A stretch of DNA of 64,000 bases, taken from the NCBI GenBank assembly GCA_964549855.1, contig CAZJWV010000002.1, positions 55,762 through 119,761 on the forward strand, written 5' to 3'. This document shows positions 18,964-29,033 of this stretch, piece after piece. Position 1 is the first letter of the stretch. Every line of letters begins with the position of its first letter. Origin of the DNA: an uncultured Ohtaekwangia sp. (GTDB lineage: Bacteria > Bacteroidota > Bacteroidia > Cytophagales > Cyclobacteriaceae). The notes under the pieces were generated by a model, which saw only the letters and a list, made by a program, of their open reading frames with translations, ran no database searches and was not told where the DNA came from. Made by a program: the position numbers and the translations under genes.

Positions 18964-21654
18964 TTACTCACTTCGCAGCGATCGCACCGGGTCCGCCGTT
19001 GCGGCCCTGAATGATTGGTACCCCATGGTGAGCCACGCGATGACAAAGGCGAGTACGCCGGCGAGCACATAAATCAACACACTGATCGTGACGCGGTATG
19101 TGTACGTGTCGAGCCACTGCGATATTCCAAACCAGGCAAGCGGCACAGCAAGCACAAACGCGATGATGATCAGTTTGCCAAATTCGCGTGACAACAGGAA
19201 GACGATGCTGGTGACAGAGGCACCCATCACCTTGCGAATGCCAATTTCCTTGGTGCGTTGTTCGGCTGTGAAAGCCGTTAGGGCGAAGAGCCCCAGGCTG
19301 GCGATGACGATGGCAAGCCCGGCGAACAGCAAGAAGATCTTGCCAAGACGCTGTTCCGCGGTGTACATCCGTTGAAAATCTTCGTCAAGGAAAGAGTAAG
19401 CGAATGGCAGTCCAGGTGCCATCTTTGCCCAGGTGGATTGGATGTTCTCTATGACCTCCTTCGTATGCTGAGCCTCGAACCGGAAGGAAATCAGGCCAAT
19501 GCTCTTGTCGAGGAAAAAGGCCAGCGGGGATATTGATTGACGCATTGATTCGAAGTGGAAGTTTTCCACAACGCCGACTATCGTGTAACGCCGCGGGCTT
19601 TTAGAATCGGGATTGTTGTTATCCCCGTTCCAGGTGCTAATCCGCTTGCCAACCGGGTTCTCAGTAATGCCAAAGAGACTTAACGCTGCCTCATTGAGAA
19701 TGACTCCAGAAGAATCTGAAGGGAAGTCCAGTGAAAAATCGCGACCATCTTTGATTTTCATTCCCAAAGTCTTCACATAGTCCTCGTCAATTCGCCAGCA
19801 TTGGATACTGACGAGATTCTCCTGGTTAGGCTGAACGCCGTCGGGCCAGAAGGTATTGTCGTTCCGACTGGTGCCCGCTACGGGAAGGAAACTACTCATA
19901 GTCCCGCTGATGATCCGGGAATCTTTCAGCACTTCCGTCTTGAAAGCTTTGAGTTGGTCCCCCATGCCGTAAGCGTCTTTGATTACAATCACCTGGTCCT
20001 TGTTGAAACCGATTTTCTTTTGTTGGATAAAAGTCAGCTGCTGATTGACGGCGATGGTCCCGATGATTAGGGCGATGGAAACCAGAAATTGGAAGACGAC
20101 CAGGGTGCTTCGCACAAGCCCGCTTTTCATTCCTAACGACAGGTTCCCCTTCAACACATTGGCGGGGTTGAAAGCGGAGAGGAAGAAGGAGGGGTAGAGC
20201 CCCGCGAGGACACCCACCACTACTGCCGCTGCTCCCAACTCCAGCCACGCGAGCCCATTGCTCCACGGAAGCGTGAGTGTGATACCGGCAAGATCATTGA
20301 AATAGGGAAGTGCAAGCCATACGAGTCCCAGCGCGAGCACGAAGGAGAAAGCACTTAGTAAAATAGACTCTGTGAGGAATTGGCGAATCAAGTGTGGCCG
20401 GAGTGACCCCATCACCTTCCGAACACCCACCTCTTTCGCCCGGTTCGCAGAGCGTGCCGTGCTGAGGTTCATGAAGTTGATGCAAGCGATAATGAGAATG
20501 AACAAGGCAATTGCGCCGAAAAGATAGATGTACGTGATGTCACTGTTAATCCCGATCTCCCCGATTCGGTCCGAGTGAAGATGAATGTCTTTGAGGGGGC
20601 GCAACGTCCATTCCAGCTTGTTGCCCGAGGCACGGAACTTATCCATCGTAAATTCATCGCCAAGAGCCGCCCGGGCCTGGGGACCGGCGTACTTATCCAC
20701 CATGGCAGGGAATTTGGCTACCAGTTGCTCTACCGACACCCCTTTGCGGAGTTTCACATACGTCGAGAAGTTGTTGCTCAACCATTGCGGATCCCTGTTG
20801 TAGGGGACTGTGACCAGGGCAAGCATGAAATCGAACCGAAAGTGCCCCGCCGTAGGCATGTCTGCGTAAATGCCGACGATCTTAAAGTTGTCGCGATTCT
20901 CCACGATCAACGATTGACCTATTGCGCTTTCACCCGGAAAATACTTTTCCGCGGTTGTGCGACTGATCACCATCGTATTCGGATCGCGCAATGCCGTCGC
21001 GGGATTCCCTTCAAGGAAAGGAATGTCGAAGACGCTGAAGATTGAACTGTCGGCGTAGATGGCTCGCGTTTCCTTAAAATTTTGATCCGTGCGCTTGATC
21101 AGCAGAGAGCCATCACTCCAGAAACGGCCTATGGCTTCCACTTCTGCTAAGTCGTTTCGAAACGCTTCAGCAAGCGGCCCAGGTGAAACCGCAAGCATAA
21201 GGTGGTTGGGGCCAAACTTAATTTCCGACTCCACGCGGTAAATGCGGTCAGCGTCCTTGTAGTGCGCATCATAACTCGTTTCATGAAGGATATAACCAAC
21301 GATGAGCAAACACGCGGAGATCCCCACGGCGAGACCAAGAACATTGATCAGCGTGTAGAAACTGTGTTTTCGAAGGTTTCGAAATGCGATGGTGAAGTAG
21401 TTGCGTAACATGAGTGAAGTCGATTTGTTATCTGATTGAATAATTTGGCGCTGAGTAAGTTGAAGGCCACTGTCGTTACCGAAGGCCTGGATAACGTCGG
21501 CGTAGGCTTCCGCGAATCGCATACCTGCCGTCATTCGTTCCTCAACAGCGGTACACACGTGGTCGATCAATTCATCTTTCACCCCTTCGACAACGAGCCC
21601 GCGGGAGTGCAGGTCCTTTAAGATATGGCTGATATGTTCCTGGGTGAGCGTCAT
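18964..21654 (-). CDS. FtsX/MacB-type ABC transporter permease with N-terminal helical prefix domain
   Basis: 896 aa. About 85 soluble N-terminal residues (ELIDHVCTAVEERMTAGMRFAEAYADVIQAFGN) are followed by two 4-TM FtsX-type modules separated by large periplasmic domains. It lies 5 nt downstream of padR. Confidence 0.85.
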   Translation of the reverse strand: MTLTQEHISHILKDLHSRGLVVEGVKDELIDHVCTAVEERMTAGMRFAEAYADVIQAFGNDSGLQLTQRQIIQSDNKSTSLMLRNYFTIAFRNLRKHSFYTLINVLGLAVGISACLLIVGYILHETSYDAHYKDADRIYRVESEIKFGPNHLMLAVSPGPLAEAFRNDLAEVEAIGRFWSDGSLLIKRTDQNFKETRAIYADSSIFSVFDIPFLEGNPATALRDPNTMVISRTTAEKYFPGESAIGQSLIVENRDNFKIVGIYADMPTAGHFRFDFMLALVTVPYNRDPQWLSNNFSTYVKLRKGVSVEQLVAKFPAMVDKYAGPQARAALGDEFTMDKFRASGNKLEWTLRPLKDIHLHSDRIGEIGINSDITYIYLFGAIALFILIIACINFMNLSTARSANRAKEVGVRKVMGSLRPHLIRQFLTESILLSAFSFVLALGLVWLALPYFNDLAGITLTLPWSNGLAWLELGAAAVVVGVLAGLYPSFFLSAFNPANVLKGNLSLGMKSGLVRSTLVVFQFLVSIALIIGTIAVNQQLTFIQQKKIGFNKDQVIVIKDAYGMGDQLKAFKTEVLKDSRIISGTMSSFLPVAGTSRNDNTFWPDGVQPNQENLVSIQCWRIDEDYVKTLGMKIKDGRDFSLDFPSDSSGVILNEAALSLFGITENPVGKRISTWNGDNNNPDSKSPRRYTIVGVVENFHFESMRQSISPLAFFLDKSIGLISFRFEAQHTKEVIENIQSTWAKMAPGLPFAYSFLDEDFQRMYTAEQRLGKIFLLFAGLAIVIASLGLFALTAFTAEQRTKEIGIRKVMGASVTSIVFLLSREFGKLIIIAFVLAVPLAWFGISQWLDTYTYRVTISVLIYVLAGVLAFVIAWLTMGYQSFRAATADPVRSLRSE

Positions 21655-21659
21655 GGCCC

Positions 21660-21992
21660 CTAAGCCAATTGCACTTGCAATACGTTCGACATGGTCCGGA
21701 TGAAGTCCATGAACTCTACCACGCGTTCCTGTGCAGAGCGTTGTCCAACGGGGGTAAGCGTGTAGTACTTTCTCATTCGCTTGCCGAGCGTGACCAGTTC
21801 AGTTTTCACAAGGCCGTCAGCTTCAAGTTTGTGAAGCGTGGGGTAGAGCGCACCTTCGGTGAGGAGCAACCGTCCCTCAGAAAGCCCCTTGACGCGTTGC
21901 GTGATTTCATAACCGTACATCCTGCCCTGGTCTCTGAGCAGTTTCAGGATGATGGTCTGGAGGGTGCCTTTGAGCAATTCGGGAGAATGCAT
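21660..21992 (-). CDS. PadR family transcriptional regulator
   Basis: Winged-helix signature YGYEITQRV...GALYPTLHKLEADGLV. 110 aa. Confidence 0.9.
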   Translation of the reverse strand: MHSPELLKGTLQTIILKLLRDQGRMYGYEITQRVKGLSEGRLLLTEGALYPTLHKLEADGLVKTELVTLGKRMRKYYTLTPVGQRSAQERVVEFMDFIRTMSNVLQVQLA

Positions 21993-22099
21993 GGTTACCT
22001 AAGTCAGTTATGCTTAAGACGCTGATGTAGGCCCCGGGGTTGCACCTTTCGCTGATTTTGGGCCTGAGGGGGCCAAAATCACTAACTTCAAGAAACTTC

Positions 22100-22894
22100 A
22101 TGCGAGCCGCTTACGCACTTCTGGGGCTTTTTCTTCTACTCGGACTATTTTTTTCCCGGTGGTACCTCTGCACCGTGCGGCATCTCTGCCAGGGATGGGC
22201 CATGGTGGAAATCGGTGTGATGATACTCACCGCAGTCATTGTTGGTTTTGTTGCAGCGTGGCTGATCGGCGAAGGCGCGTTTCGCCTCCTGCGCCAACAA
22301 CTGGGTGGTTTGCAAAAGGAAAAGACGGTCCTTCACGATCAACTCCGTCTCCTCGAGCGCGAGAATCAATCGGCCAGGAAGCATGTGGCTGAGTGGCAGC
22401 AACAGGGATCCTTGCTCACAGAAGTAAAGAAGGTGACCGAACCGATCCTTGAGCAGGCCAAACTGCAAGTTGAAAACCTCCAGCGTGAATTGCACCAATA
22501 TCAGCAACGGTATGATGGACTCATGGAGGAGACAGAGACGATGCGCAGGACGGCCGAACAACTGCGAACAGAATTGGCTGCTGAAAGGGCAAGTGAAGGC
22601 GTGTTGCGCGAAGCCGTCGAGCAGAAACGCGAACAGGAAAGCACAAAGCTGGAGAAAGGAAGATCACGGTTTACTCCTTCCAGCTGGGAGGCCAAGGACG
22701 ACCTCACACTCATCAGCGGTATTGGCCCCGTGATTCAGAAGAAGCTCCATCAACTCGGCATTTATTCTTTTTCACAGATTGCCGCGTTTACACCGGATGA
22801 CATTGAAGTAGTCACCAAGACGTTGAAAGTCTTCAAAGGTCGGATCGGCCGCGACAACTGGATCGGACAGGCTGCGGCACTAAGCCATCGGTGA
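22100..22894 (+). CDS. Hypothetical membrane-anchored coiled-coil protein with C-terminal helix-hairpin-helix-like domain
   Basis: ATG at 22100 preferred over TTG at 22040. Two N-terminal TM helices, then a Q/E/R-rich coiled coil. The C-terminus DDLTLISGIGPVIQKKLHQLGIYSFSQIA...GRIGRDNWIGQA resembles the HhH module found at C-termini of some NuoE-type proteins. Confidence 0.6.
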   Translation: MRAAYALLGLFLLLGLFFSRWYLCTVRHLCQGWAMVEIGVMILTAVIVGFVAAWLIGEGAFRLLRQQLGGLQKEKTVLHDQLRLLERENQSARKHVAEWQQQGSLLTEVKKVTEPILEQAKLQVENLQRELHQYQQRYDGLMEETETMRRTAEQLRTELAAERASEGVLREAVEQKREQESTKLEKGRSRFTPSSWEAKDDLTLISGIGPVIQKKLHQLGIYSFSQIAAFTPDDIEVVTKTLKVFKGRIGRDNWIGQAAALSHR

Positions 22895-22897
22895 AAC

Positions 22898-24427
22898 TCA
22901 ATAGCGTTCTATCCGATAGAGCTTCCTGGTCTTGTCGTAGTATCCGAAGTAGCAGGCGCCTTTAATCCAGATTATCGTTGCGCCCCAATTCTTGTTCAGT
23001 TTTCGCGCTGCAATTTTCTCCATGGCATTTAACTCTGCCATCGCCGAAACAGATTCCAATGTTGTGGGGTTCAGCAGTCCCTTTAAGTAGATCGCCCTTT
23101 CACTGGTAATCGAGAACGAAGCTGTCGTTGCGTTGGGGTTGTAATAAAAGGACCGCGAGCCCCCCGGACTGTTGATCATTCCAAACCGGGTTGTCAGTTC
23201 TTTGAACGAGCCCAAAGTAAACTCGATGTTACCGGAGGGGAGCCGATTCAGGCAAATACCCGTTCCTGCCTTGGTATCGCCGATCGCGTTGAGGAATTTG
23301 CGGGTATTCTCATGTGCTTTCTTCTTCGACCCATCGAATCGCCCTCCTTCCTGGATGATCGGTGTATTCTTGAAAGAGATGGTGTCTTCGCTGGTTGCCC
23401 TGAACTCGCGGATCACCTCATTGGATCCGAACTTCTTTGCGATGATGACAAGTTCCTTGTCGCACGCGACCACCTGGAACAATTTGTCTTCGAAGATGAA
23501 AGAGTTCGATCCGAATTCTGAGCAGTTGACGGTTGGAATCTTGATGAGCTCGACCAACGCATCACCCACTACAAGATCAAGTGTGATGAGGCGTGTGTGG
23601 AGATTCGTATAAACATCGCGGTCATCAATGGTGATGTAAATCTTGTCGGGTGTGAAGTAAATCTTTCTTCGATCGGCCGCCGCGGGCAGGCTTTGCATGC
23701 TACCGTAGTAGATTGGAGAAATGGCGATGGCCGCTTCAGCTCGGTTGGTGAGCAGTGAATAGTAGAGCTCACGATTCACGGAGGAGAACACGTGCGACCT
23801 CATGTCGAACGAAAGTGACTTGACTTTCGGGGCATCGTCAAAAATGTGAACCTTTACTGTCGAAGTTCCTTTGACAATGGTGGCCAGGTAGAACTTGTTG
23901 CCGATGGCCTGCGCGTCAAGGATATCTTCTTTGTCAAGCTCTAGAAGGATTTTTGTATGGTGTGTGAACGTTTGGGTTTTCCAGTCATACTGAAGGGCGC
24001 CATATTTCTTGTTGCTTCCGTTGCTTAAAAAAAGGGTTGTTATTCCATTAGATGAAATCGACCCTGTGATTTCGTTGAAGTCATCAAATACATTTCCCTC
24101 CTCCTTGCTCCGGGGGATAGTGGCCGCGTTGACCTGTTCAAAATTTGTATTGAATGTGACTGCGCTCACCGATCCCTTGTCAAGAAGCAGCAGGTTCAGG
24201 AATGACTGCTCGTCCACGGAGGGAACAACATCCACGTCATTTGCTGATCCCAAAGGCCCATAACCTACGCCCCCTGAGGGATCCTTAAATTCATTTCGTG
24301 GTGCCGGGGCCATGAAAGTCCAGCCTCCATTTTTCAACACGACCGGAAACTCAACAACGAGTGTGCCATCCTGGGCGCTAAGAACCAGCGCGCTAAGGAG
24401 TAGCCCAAAGGAAAGAATGTACCTCAT
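22898..24427 (-). CDS. Hypothetical secreted protein (509 aa)
   Basis: Signal peptide MRYILSFGLLLSALVLSAQ. Beta-rich. No motif recognised. Confidence 0.6.
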   Translation of the reverse strand: MRYILSFGLLLSALVLSAQDGTLVVEFPVVLKNGGWTFMAPAPRNEFKDPSGGVGYGPLGSANDVDVVPSVDEQSFLNLLLLDKGSVSAVTFNTNFEQVNAATIPRSKEEGNVFDDFNEITGSISSNGITTLFLSNGSNKKYGALQYDWKTQTFTHHTKILLELDKEDILDAQAIGNKFYLATIVKGTSTVKVHIFDDAPKVKSLSFDMRSHVFSSVNRELYYSLLTNRAEAAIAISPIYYGSMQSLPAAADRRKIYFTPDKIYITIDDRDVYTNLHTRLITLDLVVGDALVELIKIPTVNCSEFGSNSFIFEDKLFQVVACDKELVIIAKKFGSNEVIREFRATSEDTISFKNTPIIQEGGRFDGSKKKAHENTRKFLNAIGDTKAGTGICLNRLPSGNIEFTLGSFKELTTRFGMINSPGGSRSFYYNPNATTASFSITSERAIYLKGLLNPTTLESVSAMAELNAMEKIAARKLNKNWGATIIWIKGACYFGYYDKTRKLYRIERY

Positions 24428-24588
24428 GTGGCGGGGGTTAAGGTCTGAAATGGGCGAATTTGAATCGAAATATCACAATCCACCCAGCAGGTTGCAACTA
24501 TTTCGGGGTTGAGCCAGTCCATAAACAGACGTTCCAACTGACAAGCCTGTAACCATCCAGGCAACCCCCGGTACCCATTCCATCCGCT

Positions 24589-26955
24589 ATGCTGAAAAAC
24601 TACCTGCTCGTTGCCCTTCGAAACCTTCGGAAAAACGTCACCTACTCATTCATCAACATTGCCGGCTTGTCGATCGGCATTGTGTGCACCCTGCTCATCA
24701 TGCTTTGGGTGTTTGATGAGCTTTCATTCGACAAGTTCCAACCCAAGGCTGATCGACTTTACCAGGTCTACGTAAATGCCGACTTCGACGGCAAAATAAA
24801 TACCTGGAATTCGGTTCCCCAGCCCACCCATGAGGCGCTCAAGACAGAAGACAGCAACATCGCCAACACGTGTATCTCCGATTGGGGCGGTGATCACCTC
24901 TACACCGTCGGGGAGACCCGAATGAACAAGAAGGCTTATTACGTAAGCGAAGAATTCCTGGAGATGTTCCGGTTTCCCATGATCAAGGGAGACCCGGCCA
25001 CGGCCCTTGACGACCCTAGTTCAATTGTGATCAGCGAATCGTTTGCAAAAATTCTCTTCGGTGACGAAGACCCGATCAACCAGACGATTCGGGTGAACAA
25101 CTCCCGCGATTTGAAGGTGACCGGCGTCCTCAAGGACGTTCCAAAAAACTCCACGTTCCAGTTCGACTGCCTCATGACCTGGAAAATGAAGATCGAGATG
25201 GAGGATTGGGTAAAGCGATCGATGACGCAGTGGGGAAACTACTCCTTCCAGGTTTATGTGGAATTGAACGACCCGGCTAACGAAGAACGGGTAGAGTCTG
25301 CCATCAAGGATCTCCTGACCAGGAAGGGCGAGGTTGACATCAAGCGCGAATTCTTCTTACACCCGATGCTCCGGTGGAGACTCCACTCGACGTTTGAAGG
25401 CGGAAAGGAATCGGGCGGGATGGTCGATTATGTGAACATGTTCACCATCATCGCCGCTTTTGTGCTGGTGATCGCCTGCATCAATTTCATGAACCTTGCT
25501 ACTGCCCGCTCGGAGCGCAGAGCGCGTGAGGTGGGCATCAGAAAAAGTGTCGGCTCACGCCGCTACGAGTTGATCGCACAATTCATGGGCGAATCTGTGT
25601 TTCTCGCGCTGTTGGCTTTTGCCATTGCCATTCTATTCACACAGTTGTTGCTTCCTGCATACAATCAACTCGTGGACAAGCAACTGTTCATCGACTACAG
25701 TTCTCCGGTATTCTGGGCCTTTGCCGTGGGACTTGTGACATTTACCGGCGTTGTTTCGGGTAGTTACCCAGCGCTTTACCTTTCTTCCTTCCGCCCCGTC
25801 CAGGTGCTGAAGGGAAAAGTTTCCATTGGAAAGAATGCAAGCACGCCACGGAAAGTACTTGTGACGCTCCAATTCGGTTTTTCCATTTTACTGATCATCG
25901 GTACGATCGTCATCTACTGGCAGATAAATTTTGTCAAAGGGAGAGACCTTGGGTACAACCAGGAGAACCTCATCACCGTCGACTATACTGCCGAAGTCAG
26001 CAGGAACTACAGGACCATTAAGCAGGAGTTGCTCGCCACCGGCGTTGTCAATTCGGTCTGCAAATCAAATAGCCCCATCACTGAAATTTGGTCTAACAAT
26101 TTCATGGGATGGCCAGGAAAACCGGAAGAGCTGAAAGTAATCTTCACAACAATCTCCACCGAGTACGATTACACGAAGACGATGGGGATACAAATTCTGG
26201 AAGGCAGGGACTTCTCAGAGGACTTCAAGAGCGACACATCTGCCATCATCGTCAACAAAGCAGCGCTCGACATCATGGGGCTGAAGGATCCGATTGGTCA
26301 GCAATTGGATCTGTGGGGTTCGAAGCGAGAGTTAATCGGGGTCGTTGGCAACGTGTTGATGGGTTCGCCCTACCAGCCCGTGAAACCGATGTTCATGGTG
26401 CTGATCCCCGAATGGGCCAGCTCGGTGACCATCCGGCTTGAGAAGACCGATGATCTACAGGCTTCCGTCAAAAAGGTGGAGGAGGTCTTTAAGAAATACA
26501 ACCCGGCTTACCCGTTCGAGTATTCGTTCGCCGATGTGGAGTTTGGGAAGAAATTTACCACCATCAACATGATCAGCCGGCTTGCGAGCTTGTTTGCATC
26601 CCTGGCGATTGTGATCACCGGCCTGGGATTGTTCGGGCTAGCCGCCTTCATGGCCGAACAACGGACGAAGGAAATTGGTATTCGCAAAGTGATGGGCGCC
26701 TCGGTATCGAGCCTTATCGCGTTAATGTCAAAAGATTTTTCGCGCCTGGTATTTATCGCCTTCCTGATCTCCTCACCGATTGCCTGGTGGTTGCTCAACC
26801 AGTTCCTGCTGCGCTACCCTATCCGGGTGTCGATTCCATGGTGGGTGTTTCCACTGACAGGGTTGGTGGCACTTCTTTACGCGACATTGATTGTGAGCAC
26901 GCAAGCGTTTCGCGCCGCGCGGGCAAACCCGGCTGACTCCTTGCGAAATGAATAA
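24589..26955 (+). CDS. FtsX/MacB-type ABC transporter permease
   Basis: 788 aa. Same two-module FtsX architecture as 18964-21654 (NFMNLATARS..., EIGIRKVMGAS...) but without the helical prefix. Confidence 0.85.
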   Translation: MLKNYLLVALRNLRKNVTYSFINIAGLSIGIVCTLLIMLWVFDELSFDKFQPKADRLYQVYVNADFDGKINTWNSVPQPTHEALKTEDSNIANTCISDWGGDHLYTVGETRMNKKAYYVSEEFLEMFRFPMIKGDPATALDDPSSIVISESFAKILFGDEDPINQTIRVNNSRDLKVTGVLKDVPKNSTFQFDCLMTWKMKIEMEDWVKRSMTQWGNYSFQVYVELNDPANEERVESAIKDLLTRKGEVDIKREFFLHPMLRWRLHSTFEGGKESGGMVDYVNMFTIIAAFVLVIACINFMNLATARSERRAREVGIRKSVGSRRYELIAQFMGESVFLALLAFAIAILFTQLLLPAYNQLVDKQLFIDYSSPVFWAFAVGLVTFTGVVSGSYPALYLSSFRPVQVLKGKVSIGKNASTPRKVLVTLQFGFSILLIIGTIVIYWQINFVKGRDLGYNQENLITVDYTAEVSRNYRTIKQELLATGVVNSVCKSNSPITEIWSNNFMGWPGKPEELKVIFTTISTEYDYTKTMGIQILEGRDFSEDFKSDTSAIIVNKAALDIMGLKDPIGQQLDLWGSKRELIGVVGNVLMGSPYQPVKPMFMVLIPEWASSVTIRLEKTDDLQASVKKVEEVFKKYNPAYPFEYSFADVEFGKKFTTINMISRLASLFASLAIVITGLGLFGLAAFMAEQRTKEIGIRKVMGASVSSLIALMSKDFSRLVFIAFLISSPIAWWLLNQFLLRYPIRVSIPWWVFPLTGLVALLYATLIVSTQAFRAARANPADSLRNE

Positions 26956-27948
26956 ATGGATTGGATACAACTAACAATAAGAAAAATGAAAAACCGCATT
27001 ACAGGGATTCTCATCATGGTGGGGATCATTGCCGCGCAAACCCTCTTCGCACAGAGTGAATCAACCAAAACGTTTACGGGTATAAAGAAGATCCGTCTGT
27101 CAACGTCGTCTGGCTCTTGCAAAATTGTCAAGGGTTCGGATGACAAAGTGACGGTGGCTATCCGACATAACTTTGAGAAGGATTTCTACCGCCCGGAACT
27201 TACGCAGGACGGTGATCGGCTTGAACTTCGGGAAGACTTCAACTCCGGCAGATCAAGCTACAGCGGTAGCGGTCCGCTTTGGACGCTGACCATTCCGGAG
27301 AGTGTTGAGCTTAAGTTTAAGTCGGGCTCCGGAGACCTTGATGCCGCGAACATGAAACTGAACCTTGACATCAACACTGGATCTGGAAGCATCACACTCA
27401 GCAAAGTGACTGGAGAGATCACAGCCACTACGGGATCAGGAGATGTTGAGTTGACGGACTTTGATGGCATGATAGAAGCCAGCACCGGGTCGGGAACAGC
27501 TCGTGTGGCCAACAGCAAAGGAGAAATAAGACTAAGCTGTGGTTCGGGGAACATCCGTCTTGCTGACAGCCAGGCTGAATTCAAGGCAAGCTCGGGGAGT
27601 GGCAGCGTGATGGCACGGAATCTTCTATTGCAAGGTTCGAGTCGTTTCAGTTCGGGTTCCGGTGATGCCGAAGTCATTCTTGGCGGCGCTCCGAAGTTTG
27701 ATATTTCCGTCGGGAGCGGTTCTGGAAATGCAACGCTGGACTTCAATGGCAACGCGATCAATGGGGAGATTGTAATGACAGCGAGCAAATCCAGGGGAAG
27801 CATTGTCGCTCCCTTTGATTTCGAAAAAGTGGAAGAGATCAAGGAGTATGGCGACCAGGTGGTCTTGAAAAAAACGGTGGTGAAAGGAACGGCCACACCA
27901 AGGGTGATGGTCAGCACAGGTTCTGGTCAGGCGACGATCAGCAAATAG
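26956..27948 (+). CDS. DUF4097-like beta-helix repeat protein (putative adhesin / LiaG-LiaF C-terminal type)
   Basis: Signal or anchor helix, then about 10 repeats of the (S/T)GSG(D/N/S) motif at roughly 20-aa spacing. The start abuts the permease stop (TAAATG). Confidence 0.75.
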   Translation: MDWIQLTIRKMKNRITGILIMVGIIAAQTLFAQSESTKTFTGIKKIRLSTSSGSCKIVKGSDDKVTVAIRHNFEKDFYRPELTQDGDRLELREDFNSGRSSYSGSGPLWTLTIPESVELKFKSGSGDLDAANMKLNLDINTGSGSITLSKVTGEITATTGSGDVELTDFDGMIEASTGSGTARVANSKGEIRLSCGSGNIRLADSQAEFKASSGSGSVMARNLLLQGSSRFSSGSGDAEVILGGAPKFDISVGSGSGNATLDFNGNAINGEIVMTASKSRGSIVAPFDFEKVEEIKEYGDQVVLKKTVVKGTATPRVMVSTGSGQATISK

Positions 27949-27955
27949 TCTTCTC

Positions 27956-28423
27956 CTACTTCGCTGCGGACCGGGTATTCTTCTTCTTTTTCCGGAAGGA
28001 GTCGTCGAGCATCTCTGCTTCGTAGAGAAATGCGCGGATAAGCGGCTCGTCAATGTCTGAGAGAGTCTTGAAGTACATGCAATAGACCTGCTTACGGCCC
28101 TCTTTGAGAAGCGCACCCTCGTCATTCGACATCAGGTTGCCTTGGTTGAAGCCTAGTGTGACGCCCTTCTCCAGGTGACCCCGGTTGTCCTTGGGTCCCC
28201 AGGAAATGGAGGGTGGCCAAATGAAACAGATCAGGCGGTTGTGACGATAGAAGGGCACTCCCATGCCATAGTACCCATGCTCTTCCGCCCTTGGAAGACA
28301 TTCGCGGACAATCGCCCTCAGCCTCTCGACCACCACCCGCTCTTCCTTTGGGATGCCTTGCAACGCGTCTTCGACTGACTTTCCTTTCCTATTGGAGCTC
28401 ATTGGCAGTTTTTGGGGTTCCAA
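27956..28423 (-). CDS. DUF1801 (YdhG-like) domain protein
   Basis: Pattern RLRAIVRECLPRAEE...YGMGVPFYRHNRLICFIW resembles the YdhG/DUF1801 family. 155 aa. Confidence 0.6.
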   Translation of the reverse strand: MEPQKLPMSSNRKGKSVEDALQGIPKEERVVVERLRAIVRECLPRAEEHGYYGMGVPFYRHNRLICFIWPPSISWGPKDNRGHLEKGVTLGFNQGNLMSNDEGALLKEGRKQVYCMYFKTLSDIDEPLIRAFLYEAEMLDDSFRKKKKNTRSAAK

Positions 28424-28526
28424 GGGTGAAATTAGTCCGGGGCTGTGACAAGCCTATGTCACCAGTTCTTTCCGGCCTCACAAAAAACCGCCATATACTC
28501 GGCATGCATACTACTTTGTTGTTACC

Positions 28527-29009
28527 TTGTTCTCCTTGAAACGCGAGGAAACCATAGATCACAACATCAAGACAGCCTGGCACGCCATTTCCCGCATGTA
28601 CAACCAGCAAGCGCTGAAATACGGGGGTACGATGTCCATCGGGTTCGCTTTACTCAACATCCACAGCGACGAGGGTACGCCGGCGACGAAGATCGGGCCG
28701 ATGATGGGGCTGGAGGCGAGAAGTCTTACGCGCCTTTTGAAATCGATGGAAGAGAAAGGGTTAATTTTCAGGAAGGCCGATGAAGCAGACAAACGGTCGG
28801 TACGGATCCTGCTGACAAAGGAGGGCAAGAAAAGAAGGGATAAGGCCAGGGATACGGTGCTGCGCTTCAACGAAGCCGTCAGGGAAGAGATATCGAATCA
28901 AAAACTGGATGTCTTTTTTGAAGTTGTGCAGGACATTCACCGTTTGATCGAGAGAAATAGCATTTACGAAAAAGCACCCCTTGCCCCTGAAGGGGTAAGA
29001 CAGCCTTAA
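28527..29009 (+). CDS. MarR family transcriptional regulator
   Basis: wHTH region LLNIHSDEGTPATKIGPMMGLEARSLTRLLKSMEEKGLIFRKADEADKRSVRILLT. TTG start (no in-frame ATG upstream). Heads the beta-oxidation genes. Confidence 0.85.
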   Translation: MFSLKREETIDHNIKTAWHAISRMYNQQALKYGGTMSIGFALLNIHSDEGTPATKIGPMMGLEARSLTRLLKSMEEKGLIFRKADEADKRSVRILLTKEGKKRRDKARDTVLRFNEAVREEISNQKLDVFFEVVQDIHRLIERNSIYEKAPLAPEGVRQP

Positions 29010-29033
29010 CCCGAACCTCAATATCTACCATCC

